DNA from: an uncultured virus (IMG/VR IMGVR_UViG_3300020576_003687)
Lineage: Duplodnaviria; Heunggongvirae; Uroviricota; Caudoviricetes
Strand: one strand, 5' to 3'
IMG/VR virus record: IMGVR_UViG_3300020576_003687
Length of the DNA stretch: 20,000 bases
This document shows, in pieces, positions 1-8,673 of the stretch. Position 1 is the stretch's first letter, and each line of letters starts with the position of its first letter. The notes beneath the pieces are model-generated. The model worked only from the letters and a program-made list of their open reading frames with translations, made no database searches and was not told where the DNA came from. The position numbers and the translations under genes were made by a program.

Positions 1-933
1 TCTGTAAATGACAAGAAAGGCATGAGCCTTACGCCTGATTTGAATGATCCTGATATTCAGGCAATCTTTGAAGGTAAGTCTGTTGATGTTATGGAGTTTG
101 ACGCTGGCTCAAAAGGTAAGATTGAAGAAATCAGAGACCTAAAGGAAGCGATACGTTATTCTCCTATAACTCTTAGGCATCGTTTTGTTATTATTGACGA
201 GGCTCATCGTCTGACTGGCGCTGCTGCTGAGGCTGCTCTTAAGATGATTGAGGAGCCGCCGCCAAACTGCATTTTCATTCTTTGTACAACCAATGCGGAA
301 GATTTGAAGGACACGATTCATAGTCGCTGTATGCCCTTGCGATTTAACAAGGTTTCTTGGGACCAGTTGTATATGAATCTTGTTCGAGTTGCAAAGGCTG
401 AAGGTCTTGATTATGACGAAGCTGCGCTACGAATTGCAGCCAAGCTGTCTAAGGGTTCTGTTAGAAACTCTCTACAGAATTTACAGACAATGCTTACCTT
501 TGCAAATGGATCAAAGCTTTCTGCTGAAATTGCGCAACAAGCATTAGCAGCAGTTGATGAGAACAAATACTTCGATATTGTCGATATGATCCTTAAACCC
601 GACGCCGGAGAGGCTATGCGCATCATTGACCAGACTTTAGGTGATGGGCGCGAAGTTGGGGAGGTTCTTGATGGACTCGTTGGACATATTAGAACATTAT
701 TGGTCATAAGGACCGCCAAAGACACTTCAAAGCTTTTGTTTCTGACTGAAGAAGAGAAAAAGAGATTCGTTGTACAATCGCAATCTACATCTGTTCCATT
801 GCTAATACAGATGATAGACTTGCTTGGGGAAGTTATGAGAGGAATCTCTCTAAACATAAATCCTCAAACGATGTTGGAAAAGTTTGTTGTTTGCTCAATT
901 ATCTTCAACAGGACGGAGGCAAAAGCGGCATAA
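1..933 (+). CDS. dnaX: DNA polymerase III gamma/tau clamp-loader ATPase (5'-truncated by window; short gamma-like form)
   Basis: Frame is open from base 1 (SVNDKKG-MSLTP...). Has DVMEFDAGS, Walker B IIDEAHRL, ALKMIEEPP, FILCTT, arginine-finger TIHSRC and sensor-2 GSVRNSL. Walker A must lie upstream of the window. Ends after the collar domain with no tau C-terminal domains. Confidence 0.93.
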   Translation, partial: SVNDKKGMSLTPDLNDPDIQAIFEGKSVDVMEFDAGSKGKIEEIRDLKEAIRYSPITLRHRFVIIDEAHRLTGAAAEAALKMIEEPPPNCIFILCTTNAEDLKDTIHSRCMPLRFNKVSWDQLYMNLVRVAKAEGLDYDEAALRIAAKLSKGSVRNSLQNLQTMLTFANGSKLSAEIAQQALAAVDENKYFDIVDMILKPDAGEAMRIIDQTLGDGREVGEVLDGLVGHIRTLLVIRTAKDTSKLLFLTEEEKKRFVVQSQSTSVPLLIQMIDLLGEVMRGISLNINPQTMLEKFVVCSIIFNRTEAKAA

Positions 934-945
934 GGTTATCAACTG

Positions 946-1737
946 ATGCCCAGACCAAAGAAAAATACAAAGAAGGCTGGAGCAAAAAGAGTTAGCAAGA
1001 CATTATCAGCGGAAAAGCAAAAACTACTTGCTGATAAGGAAAAACTAGAACAAGATTACCAAAATAATCTAAGATGTATCAAACTGATCAATAATATCAG
1101 GAAAACGAAAGACGAAACAGAGGCAAATAAGGCATTTGAAGAGTTATTATCAATGCTTTTGCCTAAGATTCAGAAGGTAGTTTCTAAGTTTAACATACCT
1201 GGATATGAGTATTCAGATATCTTGCAGGAAGCTCTTTATGCTCTCCGCTATAAAGCAATCAAAGATTATGACAAGGCCAGAGGTACAGGCGATGGCCCTG
1301 CGCCGTTTGATAAGTTCGCTCTTTTATGCATAAGAAGACATTTAGCCACAGAGTTCAAGTCTTCTTATCAAAACAAGAAAAGAGTTCTTAATCAATCGGT
1401 TTCCATATACAAAGAATCCTCAAGAAATAGTGATAACGAAGAAGAAGTTTCGTTATCTAACATCATTTCAGATCCTGACGCTCTTGATATTTGCGAACTC
1501 ACAGCAGAAAATGAGTATTACAAAAACTTGCAAGATTTATTGTTGTCGTCGCTTTCTAGTTTCGAAAAAGAAGTGTATCTTTTGTATGCACAAAAATACT
1601 CTTACGAAGAGATAGCTGAAAAAATCAACAACAAAAGGTCTAAAGTTAGAGTGAATATCAAGGGGGTAGACAATGCTCTTAGCCGAATAAAGCATAAGGC
1701 CAGAGAAATTCTGACGAAGTACGAAGAAAAGAAGTAA
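946..1737 (+). CDS. SigH-like (sigma-70 family) RNA polymerase sigma factor with basic N-terminal extension
   Basis: Region 2 DILQEALYALRYKAIKDY...FDKFALLCIRRHL and region 4 LSSFEKEVYLLYAQKYSYEEIAEKIN...KGVDNALSRIKHK match the Bacillus/Clostridium SigH pattern (F..FAELCI.R; SY.EI...KSIDNALQRVKRK). Confidence 0.88.
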   Translation: MPRPKKNTKKAGAKRVSKTLSAEKQKLLADKEKLEQDYQNNLRCIKLINNIRKTKDETEANKAFEELLSMLLPKIQKVVSKFNIPGYEYSDILQEALYALRYKAIKDYDKARGTGDGPAPFDKFALLCIRRHLATEFKSSYQNKKRVLNQSVSIYKESSRNSDNEEEVSLSNIISDPDALDICELTAENEYYKNLQDLLLSSLSSFEKEVYLLYAQKYSYEEIAEKINNKRSKVRVNIKGVDNALSRIKHKAREILTKYEEKK

Positions 1738-1750
1738 CAAGGAGATAACG

Positions 1751-3007
1751 ATGAAGTTTACGGCTCAAGTTGGCGGTTTGCTCAAAGGTTTGAAGCCTGT
1801 TTTGGTTGTTGCAACGAAAGGAATTTTGAAAGACTACCAGTTTGGCGGTCTAATTACCTTGAACGTTGTCAATGGCTATATTCAGGCAATTGCGGACGGC
1901 GGTAAGGTTAGCGCTACGAATGAAATTGGCAATGATACCTATAGCATTGATTATGTCTGCGATATGGACGGAACAGTTACTGTCAATGCCGTAGACCTTG
2001 AGAATGCTCTTTCTTCGTATGCTCCTTCTGATAAGATATCTTGTGAGCTTGTTAATGGTTCAACGGTAAAAATCTCCAGCATAACTGATAGCGATGAAGT
2101 TCAAACCATGCCGGTTGTTGGAACTCCATGTCAGTTCCATGACATAAATGCTGACGGACAAAAGCCGACGAAGCTTTCTATTCGTAGAGATATTTTCCAG
2201 AGCTACGCTAGCAAGATTATGTTTGCTTATGGAGACCAAGAACAGTATAAGCAGTTTACTTATTGGGTTCTCCGTTCATTCGGAACAAATTCTCTACGAT
2301 TTGTTTCTGGTACAGGAACAATCTTTGCTGTCGCAGAGGTTGATGGAGCTAATATGACTGATGCTAAGGGCGACATTAAGATGTTGTTCCCTAATGAGCA
2401 AACAACAATCCTGCTTGGCATGCTTAAGGAGCTTACTTGCGATAAGATTTTGATTGAATCTGGCGAGCGATACATTTGCGTTACTTGCGGAGCAATCAGA
2501 GTCAATATTTATTCTTGCGATCCGAATGTTGAATGGCCTGACGAGAACCGCTTCCTCAAGAGAGACAGCAAGTATAAGCTGACAACGAAGGCTGCAAATT
2601 GGAAGAATGCAATCAAGGGTATTCTTGCTACAAACAATGTAGACCTCAAAGAAGAGAATAAGGTTCATAACTGCGTTCTCAATATTGACCTTTCTAAGAA
2701 GGTTATCAACGCAAAGACGGACCATACGCTGAAGTCTTCCAGAAAGGTTCCGATTGAGGACATTGGAACAAATGAGACGACAAAGGAAGTCAAGATCAAC
2801 TGTGTTTCTAAGTATATGAGCGAGATTATCAATCGTTCTAATGACGAGGAATACTTGCAGTTTGAGATCGAGGACGCTAATCAGCCTGTTGTTGTAAGAC
2901 ATTATGCTGACCCCAATGGCGTTGGTAACTACTTGGCCTTCAATAAGCCAAGCGAAGACGGTCTTCAGGAAAGATACTCAGTGTTCTTTGCAACGCTGAA
3001 GGATTGA
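1751..3007 (+). CDS. dnaN: Divergent DNA polymerase III beta sliding clamp-like protein
   Basis: N-terminus MKFTAQVGGLLKGLKPVLVVA, alternating alpha/beta three-domain layout, LRFVSGTG (cf. LRLVATDG), EWPDENRFL (cf. .FPDY..V), INCVSKYMSEII (cf. FN.KYL.D.L), LQFEIEDANQPVVV. 418 aa. SD GGAG at 1741-1744. Flanked by dnaX and holA-like genes. Confidence 0.72.
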   Translation: MKFTAQVGGLLKGLKPVLVVATKGILKDYQFGGLITLNVVNGYIQAIADGGKVSATNEIGNDTYSIDYVCDMDGTVTVNAVDLENALSSYAPSDKISCELVNGSTVKISSITDSDEVQTMPVVGTPCQFHDINADGQKPTKLSIRRDIFQSYASKIMFAYGDQEQYKQFTYWVLRSFGTNSLRFVSGTGTIFAVAEVDGANMTDAKGDIKMLFPNEQTTILLGMLKELTCDKILIESGERYICVTCGAIRVNIYSCDPNVEWPDENRFLKRDSKYKLTTKAANWKNAIKGILATNNVDLKEENKVHNCVLNIDLSKKVINAKTDHTLKSSRKVPIEDIGTNETTKEVKINCVSKYMSEIINRSNDEEYLQFEIEDANQPVVVRHYADPNGVGNYLAFNKPSEDGLQERYSVFFATLKD

Positions 3008-3011
3008 GTGG

Positions 3012-3047
3012 ATTGTTGCAGTCAGAAATGGCTGCAACAGTTTTATT
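3012..3047 (+). terminator. Stem-loop with GAAA tetraloop followed by T-rich tract; intrinsic terminator/attenuator-like
   Basis: TGTTGCAGTCA-GAAA-TGGCTGCAACA (3014-3039; 11-bp stem with one G:U) followed by GTTTTATT, filling the dnaN-holA gap. Confidence 0.55.
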
Positions 3048-4202
3048 ATGGCTGAAAATAAGAACAATGCAGCGTGGGTAAGCGGTGCTTACTACCTGGC
3101 AAAGCCGTTGCTTTCTAAAATCAGAGAGAAGTTCAAAGGGGCAGAGTCTTTTGACTGCTACGAGAATACTCCGTTTAGTAAGCTCATGACATGGCTTTCG
3201 TCGAACTCATGTTTTGCGGATAACCGCTTAGTTGTTATTCACGCGCTTCCTAAGATGACAGAAAGCGAAAAGGATAAGTTCAAGCTTGTTTTAGAAAAGC
3301 TTGAAGGCAATGTATGGGTTATCTTCTTTATGATAGACCCGTCCGATGCAAGAGCTATATACAATACGGTTAAGAAGTTTGGTAAGCTCTTTGAGTTTGA
3401 CGACACTGTTGTTTCTAGTAGCGCTACAGATTGGATAAACAAGCGAGCAAGAGAACTTGGTTTTGAGCTTGAACAAGAAGCAGTTCTTGCAATTGCAGAA
3501 AACGCTTTACTTGTCAAAGATAAAGAAACCGCTCTTGATCCTTTGGAGTCAACGCTTCAACGATTAACGTTATATGCTCCAGGCAAAAAGGTTTATTCTT
3601 TAGAAGATGTTATTTCAACCGCTGCATTCTACAACAACTTTGTTATATGGAATCTAATGAATGCTTGCGACGAACGTAACTATGAAAAATGCTTGAACGC
3701 TTTCAACAAGTGCGTTGCAGCGAATGCAGATCCAATCAAGGCTATCAATGAAATACTACCAATGATGGCTTGGAAGTATCGCATGCTTCTTTGTATGAAA
3801 GAATTGCTTGCTAATGGAGCGTCTACCGAAGAAGCAGTATTGAAGGCTTCTTCGATTAGGAAAGTTGCTTTTGAAAGTTCGGGCTTGAAGGCTATTAGCA
3901 AAACCAATTTGATAGAATCAGGCCAAGATAAGGATAAGCCTGTTCCCGTTTGGAATCAAAGAGCTTGTTCTATGGCTGTTTCTGGTAATTATGGAAGAAA
4001 GCCTCAGATAGAGATTTATTCTCGAAAAGATCTCTACCTTATAGTCAAGTGCATTGAAGATAGCTTGATTCTATCAAGAACGTGTAGCTCTCAAGGAGAA
4101 GCTAGTTTGATTGCCGATGTTCTTTTTATGACGATTTGTTCTGTAATGGATTCTGCGTCGGTGTCAAAAATAGTCAAGTCTCTTAATAAAGTAAGGGTAT
4201 AA
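3048..4202 (+). CDS. holA: DNA polymerase III delta subunit-like clamp-loader protein
   Basis: SNSCFADNRLVVIHALP (cf. HolA SLF...RLVVV), WINKRARELGFELEQEAVLAIAE, LQRLTLY, and FVIWNLMNA (cf. IF.L.DA). 384 aa. Context with dnaX/dnaN. Confidence 0.75.
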   Translation: MAENKNNAAWVSGAYYLAKPLLSKIREKFKGAESFDCYENTPFSKLMTWLSSNSCFADNRLVVIHALPKMTESEKDKFKLVLEKLEGNVWVIFFMIDPSDARAIYNTVKKFGKLFEFDDTVVSSSATDWINKRARELGFELEQEAVLAIAENALLVKDKETALDPLESTLQRLTLYAPGKKVYSLEDVISTAAFYNNFVIWNLMNACDERNYEKCLNAFNKCVAANADPIKAINEILPMMAWKYRMLLCMKELLANGASTEEAVLKASSIRKVAFESSGLKAISKTNLIESGQDKDKPVPVWNQRACSMAVSGNYGRKPQIEIYSRKDLYLIVKCIEDSLILSRTCSSQGEASLIADVLFMTICSVMDSASVSKIVKSLNKVRV

Positions 4203-4204
4203 TT

Positions 4205-4474
4205 ATGGACGAGGGCTTGCATTTGAGTAAAGTACAAACAAAATGTTTGCAGGCATTTTCTGCAATGACAAAGTTACATGATGCTTGTCAGAAACTTGTT
4301 ATTTCTCCATCTCAAGAAGCGGTTGACGAAATAGCGGGGCTTGCTACTGTTTATCAGTCTGCAACCGAAGAATTTCAAGGCGCTCTTATGGACTTTCTCA
4401 AGAATATTGCAGAGCCTTCTGAGGAAATACAAATAACTTCGTCTCAAACTGATATTGGATACAAAATCAACTAG
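4205..4474 (+). CDS. Hypothetical small helical protein (89 aa)
   Basis: Fills the gap 2 nt after the holA stop on the same strand; no recognisable motif. Confidence 0.6.
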   Translation: MDEGLHLSKVQTKCLQAFSAMTKLHDACQKLVISPSQEAVDEIAGLATVYQSATEEFQGALMDFLKNIAEPSEEIQITSSQTDIGYKIN

Positions 4475-4483
4475 GAGGCTTGT

Positions 4484-4852
4484 ATGTCGGAAAAAGATCC
4501 AAAAAATCCAAAAGATAATGATCAAAATCCACCGCTTGATGATTATGGCATAGATCATGATCGTCTTCTTGAAATATGCGAAAAGATAATTGAGATTACT
4601 CATAAACGGTATGTAGAAGACGGTCAACTTCCAAAGAATGCCGCCGAACTAAGAGATGTTGCTGAAACTCTTGAAAAGGTTTGGTCGCTTACAAGCAACA
4701 TTCTTAATCTTGACGACTTCATTAGGTCTGCTATGCAGGCTTTTGCTACTGGAAAAGGAATCCCACAAGATGGTGAAGATTTCCGTTTAGAAGACATTAT
4801 TGACGAAGAATTTGACGACGAACTCGATGACGACGAAGACGATACGGAATAA
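4484..4852 (+). CDS. Hypothetical acidic protein (122 aa) with poly-D/E C-terminal tail
   Basis: SD AGGAGG at 4473-4478; C-terminus EDIIDEEFDDELDDDEDDTE. Confidence 0.72.
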   Translation: MSEKDPKNPKDNDQNPPLDDYGIDHDRLLEICEKIIEITHKRYVEDGQLPKNAAELRDVAETLEKVWSLTSNILNLDDFIRSAMQAFATGKGIPQDGEDFRLEDIIDEEFDDELDDDEDDTE

Positions 4853-4855
4853 GCA

Positions 4856-5980
4856 ATGAAAGACTATTACGGTATTTTAGGGGTCTCTGAGGGAGCAACG
4901 GATGAGGAGATCAAAAAGGCTTATCGCTCATTGGCGATGAAGTATCATCCTGACCGTAATCAAGGCGATTCGACTTCAGAAGAAAAGTTCAAAGAAGTAA
5001 CTGAAGCTTATGATGTTCTTTCAGACCCTAAGAAGAAACAGAAGTACGATCATTACAAGAACAGAGGCGGACCTGATATAAACTTCAATAGCGATGCCCC
5101 TGATTTTCAAGGGTCCGTACATGACGTATTCAGGGACTTCTTTAGAAGCCAAAATCATCATAACTCGGCGCAGGGAAGAGATACGTTTTGTGATATTTCC
5201 TGCTCATTTGAAGACTCTATTCATGGAGTCAAGAAGAGTGTTAGCTTTTCTACAACAGAGGTTTGCGGTTCTTGCAATGGCGAGGGAGTTAAAGCGGGAG
5301 CCAAGAAAGACAAATGCAAAAAGTGTCGAGGTTCGGGTCGTATAGTCATGAATCATGTTATGGGACAGAACCAGGTTATGCAGATGGTTTCGTCATGCGA
5401 TGAATGCCAGGGTTCTGGCGTTTCCATTAATGATAGTGATTTATGTAAAGATTGTATTGGCGGTTTGAATGAAAAGCATATTAGGGTAGACGTAGATATT
5501 CCGCCTAAGTTTGTTTACGGTACTGCTCTTAGAGTTGCGGGACAAGGTTATCATTCTTCTCCTAAAGGTAGAAAAGGTGATTGCTATATCAGAGTTCATC
5601 CAGAAGAACATGAACTTTTTGATATGACAACAAGCTATGATCTTGTTATTGAAGCATACATAACGATGTCAGAAGCTATTCTTGGCACCACAATAGAGAT
5701 ACCGATTCCTGAGGGAGGCTCTGAAAGGATAATAATTCCTTCGGGAGTTTCTACTAATGACAAATTCGTAGTTCATGGTAAAGGTCTTTATAGAAAAGGC
5801 GGTCGAGGCAATATAATTGTCGTTGTCGTTGTTGAAACAGTGGCTAATACCGCAGAAGTCAAAAAGATAGCGACTAAGCTTGCTGTTGAAGAAACGGTCG
5901 ATAACACTCCAAGAACTCATGAGTTCAAGAAGACTGTATCGAAGTATCTCAAAAAGGAGAAGAAAAATGCCAAAGTCTGA
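4856..5980 (+). CDS. dnaJ: DnaJ (Hsp40) co-chaperone, class A architecture
   Basis: J-domain KDYYGILGV...YHPDRN...[14 protein letters not shown]; Zn repeats [32 protein letters not shown]-terminal GDCYIRV and [11 protein letters not shown]. Confidence 0.95.
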   Translation: MKDYYGILGVSEGATDEEIKKAYRSLAMKYHPDRNQGDSTSEEKFKEVTEAYDVLSDPKKKQKYDHYKNRGGPDINFNSDAPDFQGSVHDVFRDFFRSQNHHNSAQGRDTFCDISCSFEDSIHGVKKSVSFSTTEVCGSCNGEGVKAGAKKDKCKKCRGSGRIVMNHVMGQNQVMQMVSSCDECQGSGVSINDSDLCKDCIGGLNEKHIRVDVDIPPKFVYGTALRVAGQGYHSSPKGRKGDCYIRVHPEEHELFDMTTSYDLVIEAYITMSEAILGTTIEIPIPEGGSERIIIPSGVSTNDKFVVHGKGLYRKGGRGNIIVVVVVETVANTAEVKKIATKLAVEETVDNTPRTHEFKKTVSKYLKKEKKNAKV

Positions 5981-6305
5981 TAGAGATCAATCCATTCTTT
6001 TTCATGGTGAAATCATTAGTAAAAGTGTTGCAGAAAGTCACGCTTTTCCGGTTGGACAAAAGTTTCATTACAAAAACTCGTCTTATAATGACGATTTTGT
6101 TGTTGTTGCAATTAAGAAAGACCCTGGCGCAGAATATCGTCAGATAGTCGGAAAAGTTGCAGGAGAGGTTTGGATGCTACTTTCTAGTTTGCAGAAAGAA
6201 GCCGCTCTTGGTGCTGTAACTTTCCCTGAAAAGGCTGTTGAGCAGAAGGAAAAGTCGGCCAAAAAGTCGAATACCAAAAAGGCTAAGGCTAAGGGTAAAA
6301 AGTAA
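5967..6305 (+). CDS. Hypothetical protein (112 aa) with Lys-rich C-terminal tail; start revised from 5880 to 5967
   Basis: SD AGGAGA at 5955-5960 precedes ATG 5967 (MPKSDRDQ...), overlapping the dnaJ end by 14 nt; tail [17 protein letters not shown]. Confidence 0.7.
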   Translation: MPKSDRDQSILFHGEIISKSVAESHAFPVGQKFHYKNSSYNDDFVVVAIKKDPGAEYRQIVGKVAGEVWMLLSSLQKEAALGAVTFPEKAVEQKEKSAKKSNTKKAKAKGKK

Positions 6306-6339
6306 GTTATATACCCTTAACGCCCTAATAAGGTGATAT

Positions 6340-7275
6340 ATGAGGGTATTGATAACTGGCGGACTCGGTTTCATAGGATGCAACCTCGCGCTCAAGTGTC
6401 TATCGCTTGGGTGGGAGGTTGTTATCGTTGATAGCGGTAAAACAGAGCAGCACGCTTTTCGAAGAGATGTTTTAGCTAAAGCTGGAAGTGTTGATGTTTA
6501 TAATCAAAGTCTTAAGTCTTTTGTCATAACTTCTAAGTTTGATAATTTTGATACTGTTTTTCATTTAGCTGCACTGCCGAGTGTTTCTTATTCAGTAGAG
6601 AGGCCATATGCGTCTTTCAAGGCTAATGTTCAAGAAACAACTCTTATGATGCTTAATGAGATTAGCAAAGCCTCAAATATAGGCCGAGTTGTTTTTGCTT
6701 CCTCTGCTGCGGTATATGGTAATACAACTGTCTTCCCAACAACAGAAGGTTCTGATAAAAAACCAGAATCGCCTTATGGATTACAAAAGCTGTTATGCGA
6801 GCAACTTGTTGAGTTCAGTAGTAGAACTCAAGGTTTTGATTCTGTATCGTTAAGGTATTTCAATGTTTATGGTCCGTATCAGTACCTTACAGGGGCATAT
6901 GCAACAGCAGTTAGCGCTTGGCTAAATGCTATCAAGAATAATATGCCTCTCAGGAAAGACGGTACTGGCGAACAAAGCCGAGATATGGTTTATGTTGAAG
7001 ATGTTGTGCAAGCCAACATACTTGCAGCAACATATAAAGGCGAGTTGAAAGGCGTTCCAATTAATGTTGCCAGCGGAACAGAAATTAGTAATAACGAAAT
7101 ACTTGGAATGATTACTTCAAGATTCAATGTTGATATAGAGCAAGCTCCGTTTAGGCCTGGTGATGTTATGAGGACATGCCCCTCTATTCAACTTGCCAGG
7201 AAAGTTCTTGGATATGAACCTAAGTTTAGTTTCGAAGAAGGTTTACAACGTACCATAGAGTCTCTTGGCCTTTGA
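6340..7275 (+). CDS. NAD-dependent nucleotide-sugar epimerase/dehydratase (extended SDR, GalE/WbpP-like)
   Basis: Rossmann motif ITGGLGFIG, HLAA, ASSAAVYG, catalytic YxxxK (SPYGLQK), LRYFNVYGP, RDMVYVEDVVQAN, RPGDV. Confidence 0.93.
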   Translation: MRVLITGGLGFIGCNLALKCLSLGWEVVIVDSGKTEQHAFRRDVLAKAGSVDVYNQSLKSFVITSKFDNFDTVFHLAALPSVSYSVERPYASFKANVQETTLMMLNEISKASNIGRVVFASSAAVYGNTTVFPTTEGSDKKPESPYGLQKLLCEQLVEFSSRTQGFDSVSLRYFNVYGPYQYLTGAYATAVSAWLNAIKNNMPLRKDGTGEQSRDMVYVEDVVQANILAATYKGELKGVPINVASGTEISNNEILGMITSRFNVDIEQAPFRPGDVMRTCPSIQLARKVLGYEPKFSFEEGLQRTIESLGL

Positions 7276-7325
7276 TTTCAAATGATTGAAAATACGATAA
7301 TCTTTATAACAGAGGAGATTATCGT

Positions 7326-7970
7326 ATGGCAGAAGAGTCTTATTTTATCGGTATAGACCCTGGGCTTGGCGGGGCTTATTCCGTTATAACTCAGAAGGAT
7401 GGAAAAGTTATTGACGCCAAAGTTTATGGTGTTCCTGTCATAAGAACAAAAGCAACAGGCAAAGCAAAAGCTAAAAACGAATACAACGTTAAGCTTATAT
7501 CAGAAACTCTTAGGCCATATCAAGGTAAGAATGTTTTGGTTTGTCTTGAAAAGGTTTCTGCCATGCCTGGTCAAGGCACTGTGAGTATGTTTCATTTTGG
7601 AGAAGGCTTTGGGATTTGGAAGGGTATTATTGGATGTTTAGGTTTCGAGTTAAAACTCATTACTCCCCTAACATGGAAGACTGAATGGCCCGATGATTTG
7701 CTCAAAAAACTTGATAAACCCGATATCCTTAAGCTAAAGCCTGTGGAAATCAATAGATTATCTGCGACTGATAGAAAGAAACATAAAGACGCAAAGAAAC
7801 AATACAAACAAGATATGGATAAAGCCAAAAAACTTGCAAAAGACAAAGCAAGAGAATTGGCCGGAAAATTGTATCCTGAATTGAAGGAGTGTTTTGAGCT
7901 AAAGAAGGACGACGGTAAAGCCGAATCACTTCTAATAGCTGAATACATTAGGAGGCATGCGAATGGCTGA
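7326..7970 (+). CDS. Phage-type RuvC-like Holliday junction resolvase (RNase H fold)
   Basis: IGIDPGLGGA, VCLEKVSAMPGQGTVSMFHFGEGFG, ITPLTWK, KDDGKAESLLIA; SD GAGGAG at 7312-7317. Confidence 0.85.
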   Translation: MAEESYFIGIDPGLGGAYSVITQKDGKVIDAKVYGVPVIRTKATGKAKAKNEYNVKLISETLRPYQGKNVLVCLEKVSAMPGQGTVSMFHFGEGFGIWKGIIGCLGFELKLITPLTWKTEWPDDLLKKLDKPDILKLKPVEINRLSATDRKKHKDAKKQYKQDMDKAKKLAKDKARELAGKLYPELKECFELKKDDGKAESLLIAEYIRRHANG

Positions 7971-8673
7971 TATACCCTCAACAAGAGGACAGAAAGAGAT
8001 TATCGACGGTAAGACGGTCGATATGCATGGCGTTCATAGCAACGATAGCTTTTTGGAAGCTGCGCTTTTGAAGGCAGGAAAAGGCGAGGCCGTTAGTGCT
8101 GACGAGGGCGTAGAAGACCATGACATAACCGAGGGCGAGGTTGAGAAGGACGACGAGTTTGTAATTGACAAGAACGGATGCCATCTTGATAAAGACTCTT
8201 TGCTTTCGAGTATAAGTTCTTTTGCTTCTGTTCCTCAAATGAAAATGTCGGTAAGTAAGGGGAAGGCAACCAAAGCCGCAAAAGCGGATTTTGGTATTTA
8301 CAATCCGATTCTCGAAGAACTTGTAAAGATACCCCTTTCTCAAGAAACATATGAAGCAGATATGGAAATCCTAAGAGGAGCCATAAGAACTGCTGCTAAA
8401 GAACTAAAAGTTAGAAGAATTGTTGCCAATACGAAAGCGATTGCTAAGAATGCACAAAACTTCTATCAAAGCGAAGAAGGTATGAGGGTTGTTTTTAGCA
8501 TACTCGGTAATAAGTTCTCTATGGCGGTCAAGGGAGAGCTTACGGGTATGGAAGCCTTCTATATTCAGGTTAATGGTGACAGTTTAGAGGGTATAGTATT
8601 ACAGAAGTCTCCAGATGGAGATTTTGCTGACGCTACAGAAAACTTTGATATTCAAATCAAAAAGGTGAACTAA
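7963..8673 (+). CDS. Hypothetical protein (about 236 aa), acidic N-terminal half; start revised to 7963
   Basis: SD AGGAGG at 7950-7955 is spaced 7 nt from ATG 7963 but only 1 nt from ATG 7957; overlaps the resolvase stop. Confidence 0.7.
   Translation: MADIPSTRGQKEIIDGKTVDMHGVHSNDSFLEAALLKAGKGEAVSADEGVEDHDITEGEVEKDDEFVIDKNGCHLDKDSLLSSISSFASVPQMKMSVSKGKATKAAKADFGIYNPILEELVKIPLSQETYEADMEILRGAIRTAAKELKVRRIVANTKAIAKNAQNFYQSEEGMRVVFSILGNKFSMAVKGELTGMEAFYIQVNGDSLEGIVLQKSPDGDFADATENFDIQIKKVN

Noticed and set aside
2294..2902. 202-aa minus-strand ORF
   Set aside because: Entirely antisense to the dnaN-like gene, with no motifs; typical shadow ORF.
5880..5966. Longer TTG start for the ORF ending at 6305
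   Set aside because: Would overlap dnaJ by about 100 nt; ATG 5967 has a good SD.
7281..7312. Possible sigma-70 promoter (TTGAAA...TATAAC) before the resolvase
   Set aside because: Spacer is only 13 nt. An element-specific promoter may lie in this AT-rich gap, but one instance cannot define it.
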